Below, piece after piece: positions 26,742 through 36,597 of a stretch of 44,153 nt of DNA; within the stretch, counting starts at the first letter, position 1; each line of letters opens with the position of its first letter. A program made the position numbers and the translations under genes. The notes beneath the pieces were generated by a model. The model worked only from the letters and a program-made list of their open reading frames with translations, had not been told where the DNA came from and ran no database searches. The stretch is taken from the IMG/VR virus record IMGVR_UViG_2541047916_000003; one strand, 5' to 3'. Source of the stretch: a virus (lineage: Duplodnaviria; Heunggongvirae; Uroviricota; Caudoviricetes).

Positions 26742-28236
26742 TCTTTCACACATTATTGCCGCAGCATTCAATGAACCGCTGCTTCTGGAGCCCGCCTATG
26801 CGCGGGTTTTCTTTTGCGCGCTCGGGCGCGAGATGGGGGCAGCAAGTCTTTCGGTACCACAACAGCAGGTACAGTTTGATGCTCCCGGAATGCTGGCTGA
26901 AACGGACGAGTACATGGCCGGAGGTAAACGACCGGCCCGTGTTTACCGGGTGGTGAACGGTATTGCTGTACTGCCGGTGACCGGCACGCTGGTGCACCGG
27001 CTGGGTGGTATGCGGCCATTTTCCGGAATGACAGGCTATGACGGCATTGTCGCCTGTCTTCAGCAGGCAATGGCGGATAGCCAGGTGCGGGGCGTACTGC
27101 TGGACATTGACAGTCCGGGCGGGCAGGCCGCCGGCGCGTTTGACTGCGCTGACATGATTTACCGCCTCCGTCAGCAGAAGCCGGTCTGGGCACTGTGCAA
27201 TGACACGGCCTGTTCTGCAGCCATGCTGCTGGCGTCGGCCTGCTCCCGACGGCTGGTTACCCAGACATCCCGTATCGGCTCCATTGGCGTGATGATGAGC
27301 CATGTCAGCTATGCCGGTCATCTGGCGCAGGCCGGTGTGGATATCACGCTGATTTACTCAGGGGCGCACAAGGTGGATGGCAATCAGTTTGAAGCGTTGC
27401 CGGCAGAGGTTCGCCAGGACATGCAGCAGCGGATTGATGCGGCGCGCCGGATGTTTGCCGAAAAAGTGGCGATGTATACCGGTCTGTCTGTTGATGCCGT
27501 CACGGGAACAGAGGCTGCCGTTTTTGAAGGTCAGTCCGGCATTGAGGCCGGGCTGGCGGATGAATTAATCAATGCGTCGGATGCCATCAGTGTGATGGCC
27601 ACGGCGCTGAACAGTAATGTCAGAGGAGGCACTATGCCGCAATTAACTGCAACGGAAGCCGCCGCGCAGGAGAACCAGCGAGTGATGGGGATCCTGACAT
27701 GCCAGGAAGCGAAAGGACGTGAACAGCTTGCCACGATGCTGGCAGGACAACAGGGCATGAGCGTTGAACAGGCCCGGGCGATTCTGGCCGCGGCGGCACC
27801 GCAGCAGCCGGTGGCATCCACGCAGAGTGAAGCCGATCGCATTATGGCGTGTGAAGAAGCGAACGGTCGTGAACAACTGGCGGCAACGCTGGCGGCGATG
27901 CCGGAGATGACGGTGGAAAAAGCCCGCCCGATCCTGGCTGCTTCACCGCAGGCGGATGCCGGACCATCACTCCGTGATCAGATCATGGCACTGGATGAGG
28001 CAAAAGGGGCTGAGGCGCAGGCTGAACAGCTGGCTGCCTGCCCGGGAATGACAGTGGAGAGCGCCCGGGCTGTGCTGGCTGCGGGATCAGGTAAGGCAGA
28101 ACCGGTCTCTGCATCCACAACCGCCATGTTTGAACATTTCATGGCGAACCATTCACCGGCAGCGGTACAGGGTGGCGTGGCACAGACGTCAGCAGACGGT
28201 GATGCGGACGTGAAAATGCTCATGGCCATGCCATGA
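26731..28236 (+). CDS. C: capsid maturation protease C (S49 family) with in-frame scaffold (Nu3-like) C-terminal region carrying a triplicated motif
   Basis: GTG start overlapping B stop; N-terminal two-thirds resemble lambda gpC; C-terminus has three tandem copies of an IMxxxEAxGREQLAxxLAxxPGMTVExAR motif. Confidence 0.9.
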   Translation: MRRNLSHIIAAAFNEPLLLEPAYARVFFCALGREMGAASLSVPQQQVQFDAPGMLAETDEYMAGGKRPARVYRVVNGIAVLPVTGTLVHRLGGMRPFSGMTGYDGIVACLQQAMADSQVRGVLLDIDSPGGQAAGAFDCADMIYRLRQQKPVWALCNDTACSAAMLLASACSRRLVTQTSRIGSIGVMMSHVSYAGHLAQAGVDITLIYSGAHKVDGNQFEALPAEVRQDMQQRIDAARRMFAEKVAMYTGLSVDAVTGTEAAVFEGQSGIEAGLADELINASDAISVMATALNSNVRGGTMPQLTATEAAAQENQRVMGILTCQEAKGREQLATMLAGQQGMSVEQARAILAAAAPQQPVASTQSEADRIMACEEANGREQLAATLAAMPEMTVEKARPILAASPQADAGPSLRDQIMALDEAKGAEAQAEQLAACPGMTVESARAVLAAGSGKAEPVSASTTAMFEHFMANHSPAAVQGGVAQTSADGDADVKMLMAMP

Positions 28237-28272
28237 AGTCAGTGCTGACCATCAATAGGAGGTTTTTACAAT

Positions 28273-28620
28273 ATGGTGACGAAAACCATCACTGAACAGC
28301 GTGCGGAAGTACGTATTTTTGCCGGTAATGATCCGGCTCATACCGCCACAGGCAGCAGCGGGATTTCCTCGCCAACACCGGCACTGACGCCCCTGATGCT
28401 GGATGAAGCCACCGGGAAACTGGTGGTCTGGGACGGACAGAAAGCCGGTAGTGCGGTTGGCATACTGGTACTGCCGCTTGAAGGCACAGAGACGGCGCTG
28501 ACGTATTACAAGTCGGGAACCTTTGCGACGGAGGCAATCCACTGGCCTGAAAGTGTGGATGAACACAAAAAGGCCAACGCCTTTGCTGGCAGTGCCCTGA
28601 GTCACGCGGCGCTGCCGTAA
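28273..28620 (+). CDS. D: head decoration protein D
   Basis: 115-aa product with ..DPAHTAT..TPLMLD..KLVVWDG..YKSGTF.. resembling lambda gpD. Confidence 0.9.
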   Translation: MVTKTITEQRAEVRIFAGNDPAHTATGSSGISSPTPALTPLMLDEATGKLVVWDGQKAGSAVGILVLPLEGTETALTYYKSGTFATEAIHWPESVDEHKKANAFAGSALSHAALP

Positions 28621-28677
28621 CACGTTATCAGGCCACCGCGGTGGCCTGACTGATTTCTGAATGAAAGGAACTGATTT

Positions 28678-29706
28678 ATGGGATTGTTTACGACCCGCCA
28701 GTTACTCGGTTATACCGAACAAAAAGTTAAATTTCGTGCGCTGTTTCTGGAGCTGTTTTTCCGCCGTACGGTGAATTTCCATACCGAAGAGGTGATGCTG
28801 GACAAAATTACCGGAAAAACGCCGGTGGCGGCCTATGTCTCCCCGGTTGTTGAAGGAAAAGTGCTGCGTCATCGTGGTGGTGAAACCCGCGTGTTGCGTC
28901 CGGGCTACGTCAAGCCGAAACACGAATTTAATTACCAGCAGGCGGTTGAGCGCCTTCCTGGTGAAGATCCATCTCAACTGAATGATCCGGCTTACCGCCG
29001 TCTGCGTATCATTACCGATAACCTCAAACAGGAAGAGCACGCGATTGTCCAGGTGGAAGAAATGCAGGCGGTAAATGCTGTGTTGTATGGCAAATACACC
29101 ATGGAAGGAGACCAGTTCGAGAAAATTGAGGTCGATTTTGGCAGGTCGACGAAGAATAACATCACTCAGGGTAGTGGTAAGGAGTGGTCAAAACAGGATC
29201 GTGACACGTTCGATCCTACACATGATATTGACCTCTACTGCGACCTGGCCAGCGGTCTTGTGAATATTGCCATTATGGACGGTACCGTCTGGCGTCTTCT
29301 GAATGGTTTTAAGCTGTTCCGCGAAAAACTGGATACCCGTCGCGGTTCAAATTCTCAACTCGAAACGGCAGTGAAAGATCTGGGCGCAGTGGTGTCCTTC
29401 AAGGGGTATTACGGCGATCTGGCCATTGTGGTGGCGAAAACGTCTTATATAGCAGAAGACGGTATCGAAAAACGTTATCTTCCAGATGGCATGCTGGTTC
29501 TGGGGAATACTGCTGCAGATGGGATCCGTTGTTACGGTGCCATTCAGGATGCTCAGGCGTTGTCCGAAGGTGTGGTGGCCTCTTCCCGTTATCCGAAACA
29601 CTGGCTGACGGTAGGGGATCCCGCCCGTGAATTTACCATGACGCAGTCCGCGCCGCTGATGGTGTTGCCGGACCCGGATGAGTTTGTGGTGGTACAGGTG
29701 AAATAA
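28678..29706 (+). CDS. E: major capsid protein E
   Basis: 342-aa translation resembles lambda gpE throughout (..PGYVKPKHE..KLDTRRGSNS.LETAVKDLG..GDPAREFTM.QSAPLM..). Confidence 0.95.
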   Translation: MGLFTTRQLLGYTEQKVKFRALFLELFFRRTVNFHTEEVMLDKITGKTPVAAYVSPVVEGKVLRHRGGETRVLRPGYVKPKHEFNYQQAVERLPGEDPSQLNDPAYRRLRIITDNLKQEEHAIVQVEEMQAVNAVLYGKYTMEGDQFEKIEVDFGRSTKNNITQGSGKEWSKQDRDTFDPTHDIDLYCDLASGLVNIAIMDGTVWRLLNGFKLFREKLDTRRGSNSQLETAVKDLGAVVSFKGYYGDLAIVVAKTSYIAEDGIEKRYLPDGMLVLGNTAADGIRCYGAIQDAQALSEGVVASSRYPKHWLTVGDPAREFTMTQSAPLMVLPDPDEFVVVQVK

Positions 29707-29713
29707 TCCGTGA

Positions 29714-29743
29714 GCGGGGGCGAAATGCCCCCGTGTCTTTTTT
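29714..29743 (+). terminator. hairpin plus U-tract after the major capsid gene
   Basis: GCGGGGGC-gaaat-GCCCCCG followed by TGTCTTTTTT. Confidence 0.55.
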
Positions 29744-29757
29744 CACAGGGGGCTGAT

Positions 29758-30132
29758 ATGGCAACGAAAGAGCAAAATCTGAAACGGCTTGATGAACTGG
29801 CCCTGATTCTGGGGCGTGAGCCGGATATATCCGGGAGTGCCGCAGAGATAGCGCAGCGGGTGGCAGAATGGGAAGAGGAAATGCAGTCATCCGGCGATGA
29901 TGTACAGGTTATGAATATGGATATCCGGGAGCGGGAAACCGCGGCTCATGATGTTCGTGAGGAAACATCCGGCGCGTTAACGCGCATCAGAGTTCTGACC
30001 TGCCTCCATCTCTGTGGCGTTGATGGTGAAACGGGGGAATCCGTTGAGCTTGCGGATGTTGGTCGGGTGATTCTGATTATGTCCTCAGATGCAAAAACAC
30101 ACGTTGATGGTGGAATGGCTGTTTATGCGTGA
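29758..30132 (+). CDS. FI: DNA-packaging protein FI
   Basis: ATG at 29758 after a GGGGG ribosome-binding site; in the lambda gpFI position. Confidence 0.75.
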   Translation: MATKEQNLKRLDELALILGREPDISGSAAEIAQRVAEWEEEMQSSGDDVQVMNMDIRERETAAHDVREETSGALTRIRVLTCLHLCGVDGETGESVELADVGRVILIMSSDAKTHVDGGMAVYA

Positions 30133-30478
30133 TTTTCAGAATGCCTTTGATGCCGCCCTTGCCGGGGTGGACAGTACGATTGTTGAAGTGATGGGCATCA
30201 GTGCGCAGTTCACCTCCGGTGCACAGCGTGGCGGCGAGGTTCATGGCGTTTTTGACGATCCGGAGTCGCTGGGTTTTGCCAGTAGTGGGATCCGTATTGA
30301 AGGAAGTAACCCGTCATTATTTGTGCTTACGGATACGGTTTGTGCTGTACGGCGTGGTGACACGCTGACCATTAACGGCGAGATGTTCTGGGTGGACCGT
30401 GTTTCTCCGGATGACGGAGGGAGTTGTTATCTCTGGCTCAACCGGGGGCAACCACCTGCCGCCAGCCGTCGCCGCTGA
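30125..30478 (+). CDS. FII: head-tail connector FII
   Basis: Product resembles lambda gpFII (..FWVDRVSPDDGGSC.LWL..); start overlaps FI stop. Confidence 0.85.
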   Translation: MRDFQNAFDAALAGVDSTIVEVMGISAQFTSGAQRGGEVHGVFDDPESLGFASSGIRIEGSNPSLFVLTDTVCAVRRGDTLTINGEMFWVDRVSPDDGGSCYLWLNRGQPPAASRRR

Positions 30479-30489
30479 AAGGGGGATGT

Positions 30490-31068
30490 ATGGCCATAAA
30501 AGGTCTTGAGCAGGCCGTTGAAAACCTCAGCCGTATCAGCAAAACGGCAGTGCCTGGTGCCGCCGCAATGGCCATTAACCGCGTTGCTTCATCCGCGATA
30601 TCGCAGTCGGCGTCACTGGTTGCCCGTGAGACAAAGGTACGCCGGAAACTGGTAAAGGAAAGGGCCAGGCTGAAAAGGGCCACGGTCAAAAATCCGCAGG
30701 CCAGAATCAAAGTTAACCGGGGGGATTTGCCCGTAATCAGGCTGGGTAATGCGCGGGTTGTCCTTTCGCGCCGCAGGCGTCGTAAAAAGGGGCAGCGTTC
30801 ATCCCTGAAAGGTGGCGGCAGCGTGCTTGTGGTGGGTAACCGTCGTATTCCCGGCGCGTTTATTCAGCAACTGAAAAATGGCCGCTGGCATGTCATGCAG
30901 CGTGTGGCCGGGAAAAACCGTTACCCCATTGATGTGGTGAAAATTCCGATGGCGGTGCCGCTGACCACGGCGTTTAAACAGAATATTGAGCGGATACGGC
31001 GTGAGCGTCTTCCGAAAGAGCTGGGCTATGCGCTGCAGCATCAACTGAGGATGGTAATAAAGCGATGA
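30490..31068 (+). CDS. Z: minor tail protein Z
   Basis: 192-aa product essentially matches lambda gpZ as recalled (MAIKGLEQAVENLSRISKTAVPGAAAMAINRV...). Confidence 0.9.
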   Translation: MAIKGLEQAVENLSRISKTAVPGAAAMAINRVASSAISQSASLVARETKVRRKLVKERARLKRATVKNPQARIKVNRGDLPVIRLGNARVVLSRRRRRKKGQRSSLKGGGSVLVVGNRRIPGAFIQQLKNGRWHVMQRVAGKNRYPIDVVKIPMAVPLTTAFKQNIERIRRERLPKELGYALQHQLRMVIKR

Positions 31069-31460
31069 AACATACTGAATTCCGTGCAGCCGTACTGGAT
31101 GCACTGGAAAAACATGACACCGGGGCGACGCTTTTTGATGGTCGCCCCGCTGTTTTTGATGAGGCGGATTTTCCGGCAATTGCCGTTTATCTCACCGGCG
31201 CTGAATACACGGGCGAAGAGCTGGACAGCGATACCTGGCAGGCGGAGCTGCATATTGAAGTTTTCCTGCCTGCTCAGGTGCCGGATTCAGAGCTGGATTC
31301 GTGGATGGAAAGCCGGATTTATCCGGCGATGAGCGATATCCCGGCACTGTCAGATTTGATCACCAGTATGGTGGCCAGTGGCTATGACTACCGGCGCGAC
31401 GATGATGCGGGCCTGTGGAGTTCAGCCGATCTGACTTATGTCATTACCTATGAAATGTGA
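31065..31460 (+). CDS. U: tail terminator U
   Basis: 131-aa product matches lambda gpU as recalled; start overlaps Z stop. Confidence 0.9.
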   Translation: MKHTEFRAAVLDALEKHDTGATLFDGRPAVFDEADFPAIAVYLTGAEYTGEELDSDTWQAELHIEVFLPAQVPDSELDSWMESRIYPAMSDIPALSDLITSMVASGYDYRRDDDAGLWSSADLTYVITYEM

Positions 31461-31467
31461 GGACGAT

Positions 31468-32160
31468 ATGCCAACACCAAATCCTCTGGCACCGGTGAAA
31501 GGGGCCGGAACCACACTGTGGGTTTATAACGGGAGCGGCGACCCTTATGCAAACCCGCTTTCAGACAATGACTGGTCGCGTCTGGCAAAAATTAAAGACC
31601 TGACGCCCGGCGAACTGACCGCTGAGTCCTATGACGACAGTTATCTCGATGATGAAGATGCGGACTGGACCGCGACCGGGCAGGGGCAGAAATCCGCCGG
31701 AGATACCAGCTTCACGCTGGCGTGGATGCCCGGAGAGCAGGGGCAGCAGGCGCTGCTGGCGTGGTTTAATGAAGGTGATACCCGTGCCTATAAAATCCGC
31801 TTCCCGAACGGCACGGTCGATGTGTTCCGTGGCTGGGTCAGCAGTATCGGTAAGGCGGTGACGGCGAAGGAAGTGATCACCCGTACGGTGAAGGTCACCA
31901 ATGTGGGCCGTCCGTCAATGGCAGAAGATCGCAGTACGGTGACGGCGGCAACCGGTATGACCGTGACGCCTGCCAGCTCCTCGGTGGTGAAAGGGCAGAG
32001 CACCACGCTGACCGTGGCCTTCCAGCCGGAGGGCGCAACTGACAAGAGCTTCCGTGCGGTGTCAGCGGATAAAACAAAAGCCACCGTGTCGGTCAGTGGT
32101 ATGACCATCACCGTGAACGGCGTTGCTGCGGTTGCAGAAATCACTGTCACCGACAGTTAA
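31468..32160 (+). CDS. V: major tail tube protein V
   Basis: Product matches lambda gpV as recalled over most of its length; C-terminal domain slightly shorter. Confidence 0.9.
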   Translation: MPTPNPLAPVKGAGTTLWVYNGSGDPYANPLSDNDWSRLAKIKDLTPGELTAESYDDSYLDDEDADWTATGQGQKSAGDTSFTLAWMPGEQGQQALLAWFNEGDTRAYKIRFPNGTVDVFRGWVSSIGKAVTAKEVITRTVKVTNVGRPSMAEDRSTVTAATGMTVTPASSSVVKGQSTTLTVAFQPEGATDKSFRAVSADKTKATVSVSGMTITVNGVAAVAEITVTDS

Positions 32161-32175
32161 TCCGGAGAGTCAGCG

Positions 32176-32598
32176 ATGTTCCTGAAAACCGAATCATTTG
32201 AACATAACGGCGTGACCGTCACGCTTTCTGAACTGTCAGCCCTGCAGCGTATTGAGCATCTCGCCCTGATGAAACAGCAGGCAGAACAGGCGGAGTCAGA
32301 CAGCAACCGGCAGGTTACTGTGGAAGACGCCATCAGAACCGGTGCTTTTGTGGTGGCGATGTCCCTGTGGCATAACCATCCGCAGAAGACAAAGCAGCCT
32401 TCCATGAATGAAGCCGTTAAACAGATTGAGCAGGAAGTGCTTACCACCTGGCCCGCGGAGGCAATTTCTCATGCTGAAAACGTGGTGTACCGGCTGTCCG
32501 GTATGTATGGGTTTGTGGTGAATGATGCCCCTGACCAGGCAGAGGACTCCGGGCCTGCAGAGCCTGTTTCTGCGGGAAAGTGTTCGACGGTGAGCTGA
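32176..32598 (+). CDS. G: tail assembly chaperone G
   Basis: 140-aa product matching lambda gpG as recalled; contains the slippery heptamer near its 3' end. Confidence 0.9.
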   Translation: MFLKTESFEHNGVTVTLSELSALQRIEHLALMKQQAEQAESDSNRQVTVEDAIRTGAFVVAMSLWHNHPQKTKQPSMNEAVKQIEQEVLTTWPAEAISHAENVVYRLSGMYGFVVNDAPDQAEDSGPAEPVSAGKCSTVS

Positions 32599-33014
32599 GT
32601 TTTGCCCTGAAACTGGCGCGAGAGATGGGGCGACCTGACTGGCGCGCCATGCTTGCCGGGATGTCATCCACGGAGTATGCCGACTGGCACCGCTTTTACA
32701 GTACCCATTATTTTCATGATGTTCTGCTGGATATGCACTTTTCCGGGCTGACGTACACTGTGCTCAGCCTGTTTTTCAGCGATCCGGATATGCATCCGCT
32801 GGATTTCAGTTTGCTGAACCGGCGTGAGGATGACGAAGAGCCTGAAGATGATGTGCTGATGCAGAAAGCGGCAGGGCTTACCGGAGGCGTCCGCTTTGAC
32901 CCGGACGGAAATGAAGTTATCCCCGCTTCCCCGGATATGGCGGGCATGACGGAGGATGACGTAATGCTGATGACAGTATCAGAAGGGATCGCAGGAGGAG
33001 TCCGGTATGGCTGA
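32574..33014 (+). CDS. T: T-frame extension of the G-T tail assembly chaperone (made by -1 frameshift)
   Basis: Slippery G_GGA_AAG at 32574-32580 in the G frame; the -1 frame continues open to 33014 and overlaps the H start. Confidence 0.8.
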   Translation, partial: GKVFDGELSFALKLAREMGRPDWRAMLAGMSSTEYADWHRFYSTHYFHDVLLDMHFSGLTYTVLSLFFSDPDMHPLDFSLLNRREDDEEPEDDVLMQKAAGLTGGVRFDPDGNEVIPASPDMAGMTEDDVMLMTVSEGIAGGVRYG

Positions 33015-35568
33015 ACCGGTAGGCGATCTGGTCGTTGATTTAAGTCTGGATGCGGCCAGATTTGACGAGCAGATGGCCAGAGTCAGGCGTCATTTTTCCG
33101 GTACGGAAAGTGATGCGAAAAAAACAGCGGCAGTCGTTGAACAGTCGCTGAGCCGACAGGCGCTGGCTGCACAGAAAGCGGGGATTTCCGTCGGGCAGTA
33201 TAAAGCCGCCATGCGTATGCTGCCTGCACAGTTCACCGACGTGGCCACGCAGCTTGCAGGCGGGCAAAGCCCGTGGCTGATCCTGCTGCAACAGGGTGGT
33301 CAGGTTAAGGACTCCTTCGGCGGGATGATCCCCATGTTCCGGGGGCTTGCCGGTGCGATCACCCTGCCGATGGTCGGGGCCACCTCGCTGGCGGTGGCGA
33401 CCGGTGCGCTGGCGTATGCCTGGTATCAGGGTAACTCAACCCTGTCCGATTTCAACAAAACGCTGGTCCTTTCCGGCAATCAGTCGGGTCTGACGGCAGA
33501 TCGTATGCTGGTCCTGTCCAGAGCCGGGCAGGCGGCAGGGCTGACGTTTAACCAGACCAGCGAGTCACTCAGCGCACTGGTTAAGGCGGGAGTAAGCGGT
33601 GAGGCTCAGATTGCATCCATCAGCCAGAGTGTGGCGCGTTTCTCCTCTGCATCCGGCGTGGAGGTGGACAAGGTCGCTGAAGCCTTCGGGAAGCTGACCA
33701 CTGACCCGACGTCGGGGCTGACGGCGATGGCGCGCCAGTTCCATAACGTAACGGCGGAGCAGATTGCGTATGTTGCTCAGTTGCAGCGTTCCGGCGATGA
33801 ATCCGGGGCATTGCAGGCGGCGAACGAGGCCGCAACGAAAGGGTTTGATGACCAGACCCGACGCCTGAAAGAGAACATGGGCACGCTGGAAACCTGGGCA
33901 GACAGGACAGCACGGGCATTCAAATCCATGTGGGATGCGGTGCTGGATATTGGTCGTCCTGATACCGCTCAGGAGATGCTGATTAAGGCAGAGGCTGCGT
34001 TTAAGAAAGCGGACGACATCTGGAATCTGCGCAAGGATGATTATTTTGTTAACGATGAAGCGCGGGCGCGTTACTGGGATGATCGTGAAAAGGCCCGTCT
34101 TGCGCTTGAAGCCGCCCGAAAGAAGGCTGAACAGCAGAGTCAACAGGACAAAAATGCGCAGCAGCAGAGCGATACCGAAGCATCACGGCTGAAATATACC
34201 GAAGAGGCGCAGAAGGCTTACGAACGGCTGCAGACACCGCTGGAGAAATATACCGCCCGTCAGGAAGAACTGAACAAGGCACTGAAAGACGGGAAAATCC
34301 TGCAGGCAGATTACAACACGCTGATGGCGGCGGCGAAAAAGGATTATGAAGCGACGCTGAAAAAGCCGAAACAGTCCGGCGTGAAGGTGTCTGCGGGCGA
34401 TCGTCAGGAAGACAGTGCTCATGCTGCCCTGCTGACGCTTCAGGCTGAACTCCGGACGCTGGAGAAGCATGCCGGAGCAAATGAGAAAATCAGCCAGCAG
34501 CGCCGGGATTTGTGGAAGGCGGAGAGTCAGTTCGCGGTACTGGAGGAGGCGGCGCAACGTCGCCAGCTGTCTGCACAGGAGAAATCCCTGCTGGCGCATA
34601 AAGATGAGACGCTGGAGTACAAACGCCAGCTGGCTGCACTTGGCGACAAGGTTACGTATCAGGAGCGCCTGAACGCGCTGGCGCAGCAGGCGGATAAATT
34701 CGCACAGCAGCAACGGGCAAAACGGGCCGCTATTGATGCGAAAAGCCGGGGGCTGACTGACCGGCAGGCAGAACGGGAAGCCACGGAACAGCGCCTGAAG
34801 GAACAGTATGGCGATAATCCTCTGGCGCTGAATAACGTCATGTCAGAGCAGAAAAAGACCTGGGCGGCTGAAGACCTGCTTCGCGGGAACTGGATGGCAG
34901 GCCTGAAGTCCGGCTGGAGTGAGTGGGAAGAGAGTGCCACGGACAGTATGTCGCAGGTTAAAAGTGCTGCCACGCAGACCTTTGATGGTATTGCGCAGAA
35001 TATGGCGGCGATGCTGACCGGCAGTGAACAGAACTGGCGCAGCTTCACCCGTTCCGTGCTGTCCATGATGACAGAAATTCTGCTTAAGCAGGCAATGGTG
35101 GGGATTGTCGGGAGTATCGGCAGCGCTATTGGCGGGGCTGTTGGTGGCGGCGCATCCGCGTCAGGCGGTACAGCCATTCAGGCCGCTGCGGCGAAACTCC
35201 ATTTTGCAACCGGAGGATTTACGGGAACCGGCGGCAAATATGAGCCAGCGGGGATTGTTCACCGTGGTGAATTTGTCTTCACGAAGGAGGCAACCAGCCG
35301 GATTGGCGTGGGAAATCTCTACCGGCTGATGCGCGGCTATGCCACCGGCGGTTATGTCGGTGGCACCGGAAGTCCGGCGCAAATGCGGCGTTCAGAGGGT
35401 ATCAGGTTTGAGCAGAACAACAACGTGGTGATTCAGAACGACGGTACGAATGGTCTGCCAGGTCCACAGATGATGAAGGCGGTGTATGACATGGCCCGCA
35501 AGGGTGCCCGTGATGAAATCCAGGCACAGATGCGCGATGGTGGTCTGTTCTCCGGAGGTGGACGATGA
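33007..35568 (+). CDS. H: tape measure protein H
   Basis: 853-aa ORF, same length as lambda gpH; coiled-coil-rich. Confidence 0.95.
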   Translation: MAEPVGDLVVDLSLDAARFDEQMARVRRHFSGTESDAKKTAAVVEQSLSRQALAAQKAGISVGQYKAAMRMLPAQFTDVATQLAGGQSPWLILLQQGGQVKDSFGGMIPMFRGLAGAITLPMVGATSLAVATGALAYAWYQGNSTLSDFNKTLVLSGNQSGLTADRMLVLSRAGQAAGLTFNQTSESLSALVKAGVSGEAQIASISQSVARFSSASGVEVDKVAEAFGKLTTDPTSGLTAMARQFHNVTAEQIAYVAQLQRSGDESGALQAANEAATKGFDDQTRRLKENMGTLETWADRTARAFKSMWDAVLDIGRPDTAQEMLIKAEAAFKKADDIWNLRKDDYFVNDEARARYWDDREKARLALEAARKKAEQQSQQDKNAQQQSDTEASRLKYTEEAQKAYERLQTPLEKYTARQEELNKALKDGKILQADYNTLMAAAKKDYEATLKKPKQSGVKVSAGDRQEDSAHAALLTLQAELRTLEKHAGANEKISQQRRDLWKAESQFAVLEEAAQRRQLSAQEKSLLAHKDETLEYKRQLAALGDKVTYQERLNALAQQADKFAQQQRAKRAAIDAKSRGLTDRQAEREATEQRLKEQYGDNPLALNNVMSEQKKTWAAEDLLRGNWMAGLKSGWSEWEESATDSMSQVKSAATQTFDGIAQNMAAMLTGSEQNWRSFTRSVLSMMTEILLKQAMVGIVGSIGSAIGGAVGGGASASGGTAIQAAAAKLHFATGGFTGTGGKYEPAGIVHRGEFVFTKEATSRIGVGNLYRLMRGYATGGYVGGTGSPAQMRRSEGIRFEQNNNVVIQNDGTNGLPGPQMMKAVYDMARKGARDEIQAQMRDGGLFSGGGR

Positions 35569-35894
35569 AAACCTTCCGCTGGAAAGTGAAACCCGGGATG
35601 GATGTGACATCGGCTCCTTCCGTCAGGGAGGTGCGCTTTGGTGATGGCTATTCCCAGCGTGCGCCTGCCGGGCTGAACGCTGACCTGAAAACGTACAGCG
35701 TGACGCTGTCTGTCTCCCGTGAGGAGGCCACGGCGCTGGAGTCGTTTCTGGCTGAGCACGGGGGCTGGAAGGCCTTTCTGTGGACGCCGCCTTATGGTTA
35801 CAGGCAGATAAAGGTGACCTGCGCAAAATGGTCGTCGCGGGTCAGTATGCTGCGTGTTGAGTTCAGCGCAGAGTTTGAACAGGTGGTGAACTGA
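35565..35894 (+). CDS. M: minor tail protein M
   Basis: 109-aa product matches lambda gpM as recalled; ATGA overlap with H. Confidence 0.9.
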   Translation: MKTFRWKVKPGMDVTSAPSVREVRFGDGYSQRAPAGLNADLKTYSVTLSVSREEATALESFLAEHGGWKAFLWTPPYGYRQIKVTCAKWSSRVSMLRVEFSAEFEQVVN

Positions 35895-36592
35895 TGCAGG
35901 ATATCCGGCAGGAAACATTGAATGAATGCACCCGTGCGGAGCAGTCGGCCAGCGTGGTGCTCTGGGAAATCGATCTGACAGAGGTCGGTGGAGAACGTTA
36001 TTTTTTCTGTAATGAGCAGAACGAAAAAGGTGAGCCGGTCACCTGGCAGGGGCGACAGTATCAGCCGTATCCCATTCAGGGGAGTAGTTTTGAACTGAAT
36101 GGCAAAGGCACCAGTACGCGCCCCACGCTGACGGTTTCTAACCTGTACGGTATGGTCACCGGGATGGTGGAAGATCTGCAGAGTCTGGTCGGCGGAACGG
36201 TGGTCAGGCGTAAGGTTTACGCCCGTTTTCTGGATGCGGTGAACTTCGTCAACGGAAACAGCGACGCCGATCCGGAGCAGGAGGTGATCAGCCGCTGGCG
36301 CATCGAGCAGTGCAGCGAACTGAGTGCGGTCAGTGCCTCCTTTGTACTGTCCACACCGACGGAAACGGATGGTGCCGTTTTTCCGGGGCGCATCATGCTG
36401 GCTAATACCTGCACCTGGACCTATCGCGGTGATGAGTGCGGTTATCACGGTCCGGCGGTCGCGGATGAATATGATCAGCCGACTTCCGATATCACGAAGG
36501 ATAAATGCAGCAAATGCCTGAGCGGCTGTAAGTTTCGCAATAACGTCGGCAACTTTGGCGGCTTCCTTTCCATTAACAAACTTTCGCAGTAA
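35894..36592 (+). CDS. L: minor tail protein L
   Basis: 232-aa product matches lambda gpL as recalled. Confidence 0.9.
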   Translation: MQDIRQETLNECTRAEQSASVVLWEIDLTEVGGERYFFCNEQNEKGEPVTWQGRQYQPYPIQGSSFELNGKGTSTRPTLTVSNLYGMVTGMVEDLQSLVGGTVVRRKVYARFLDAVNFVNGNSDADPEQEVISRWRIEQCSELSAVSASFVLSTPTETDGAVFPGRIMLANTCTWTYRGDECGYHGPAVADEYDQPTSDITKDKCSKCLSGCKFRNNVGNFGGFLSINKLSQ

Positions 36593-36597
36593 ATCCC

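Noticed and set aside
26746-27321. 191-aa and 141-aa minus-strand ORFs
   Set aside because: Antisense to the capsid protease gene C; Arg/Pro/Ala-rich chance ORFs.
33565-35177. Several 170-190-aa minus-strand ORFs (33565-34143, 34183-34713, 34659-35177)
   Set aside because: All antisense to the tape-measure gene H; low-complexity Arg/Leu/Gln-rich translations typical of antisense reading of coiled-coil coding sequence.
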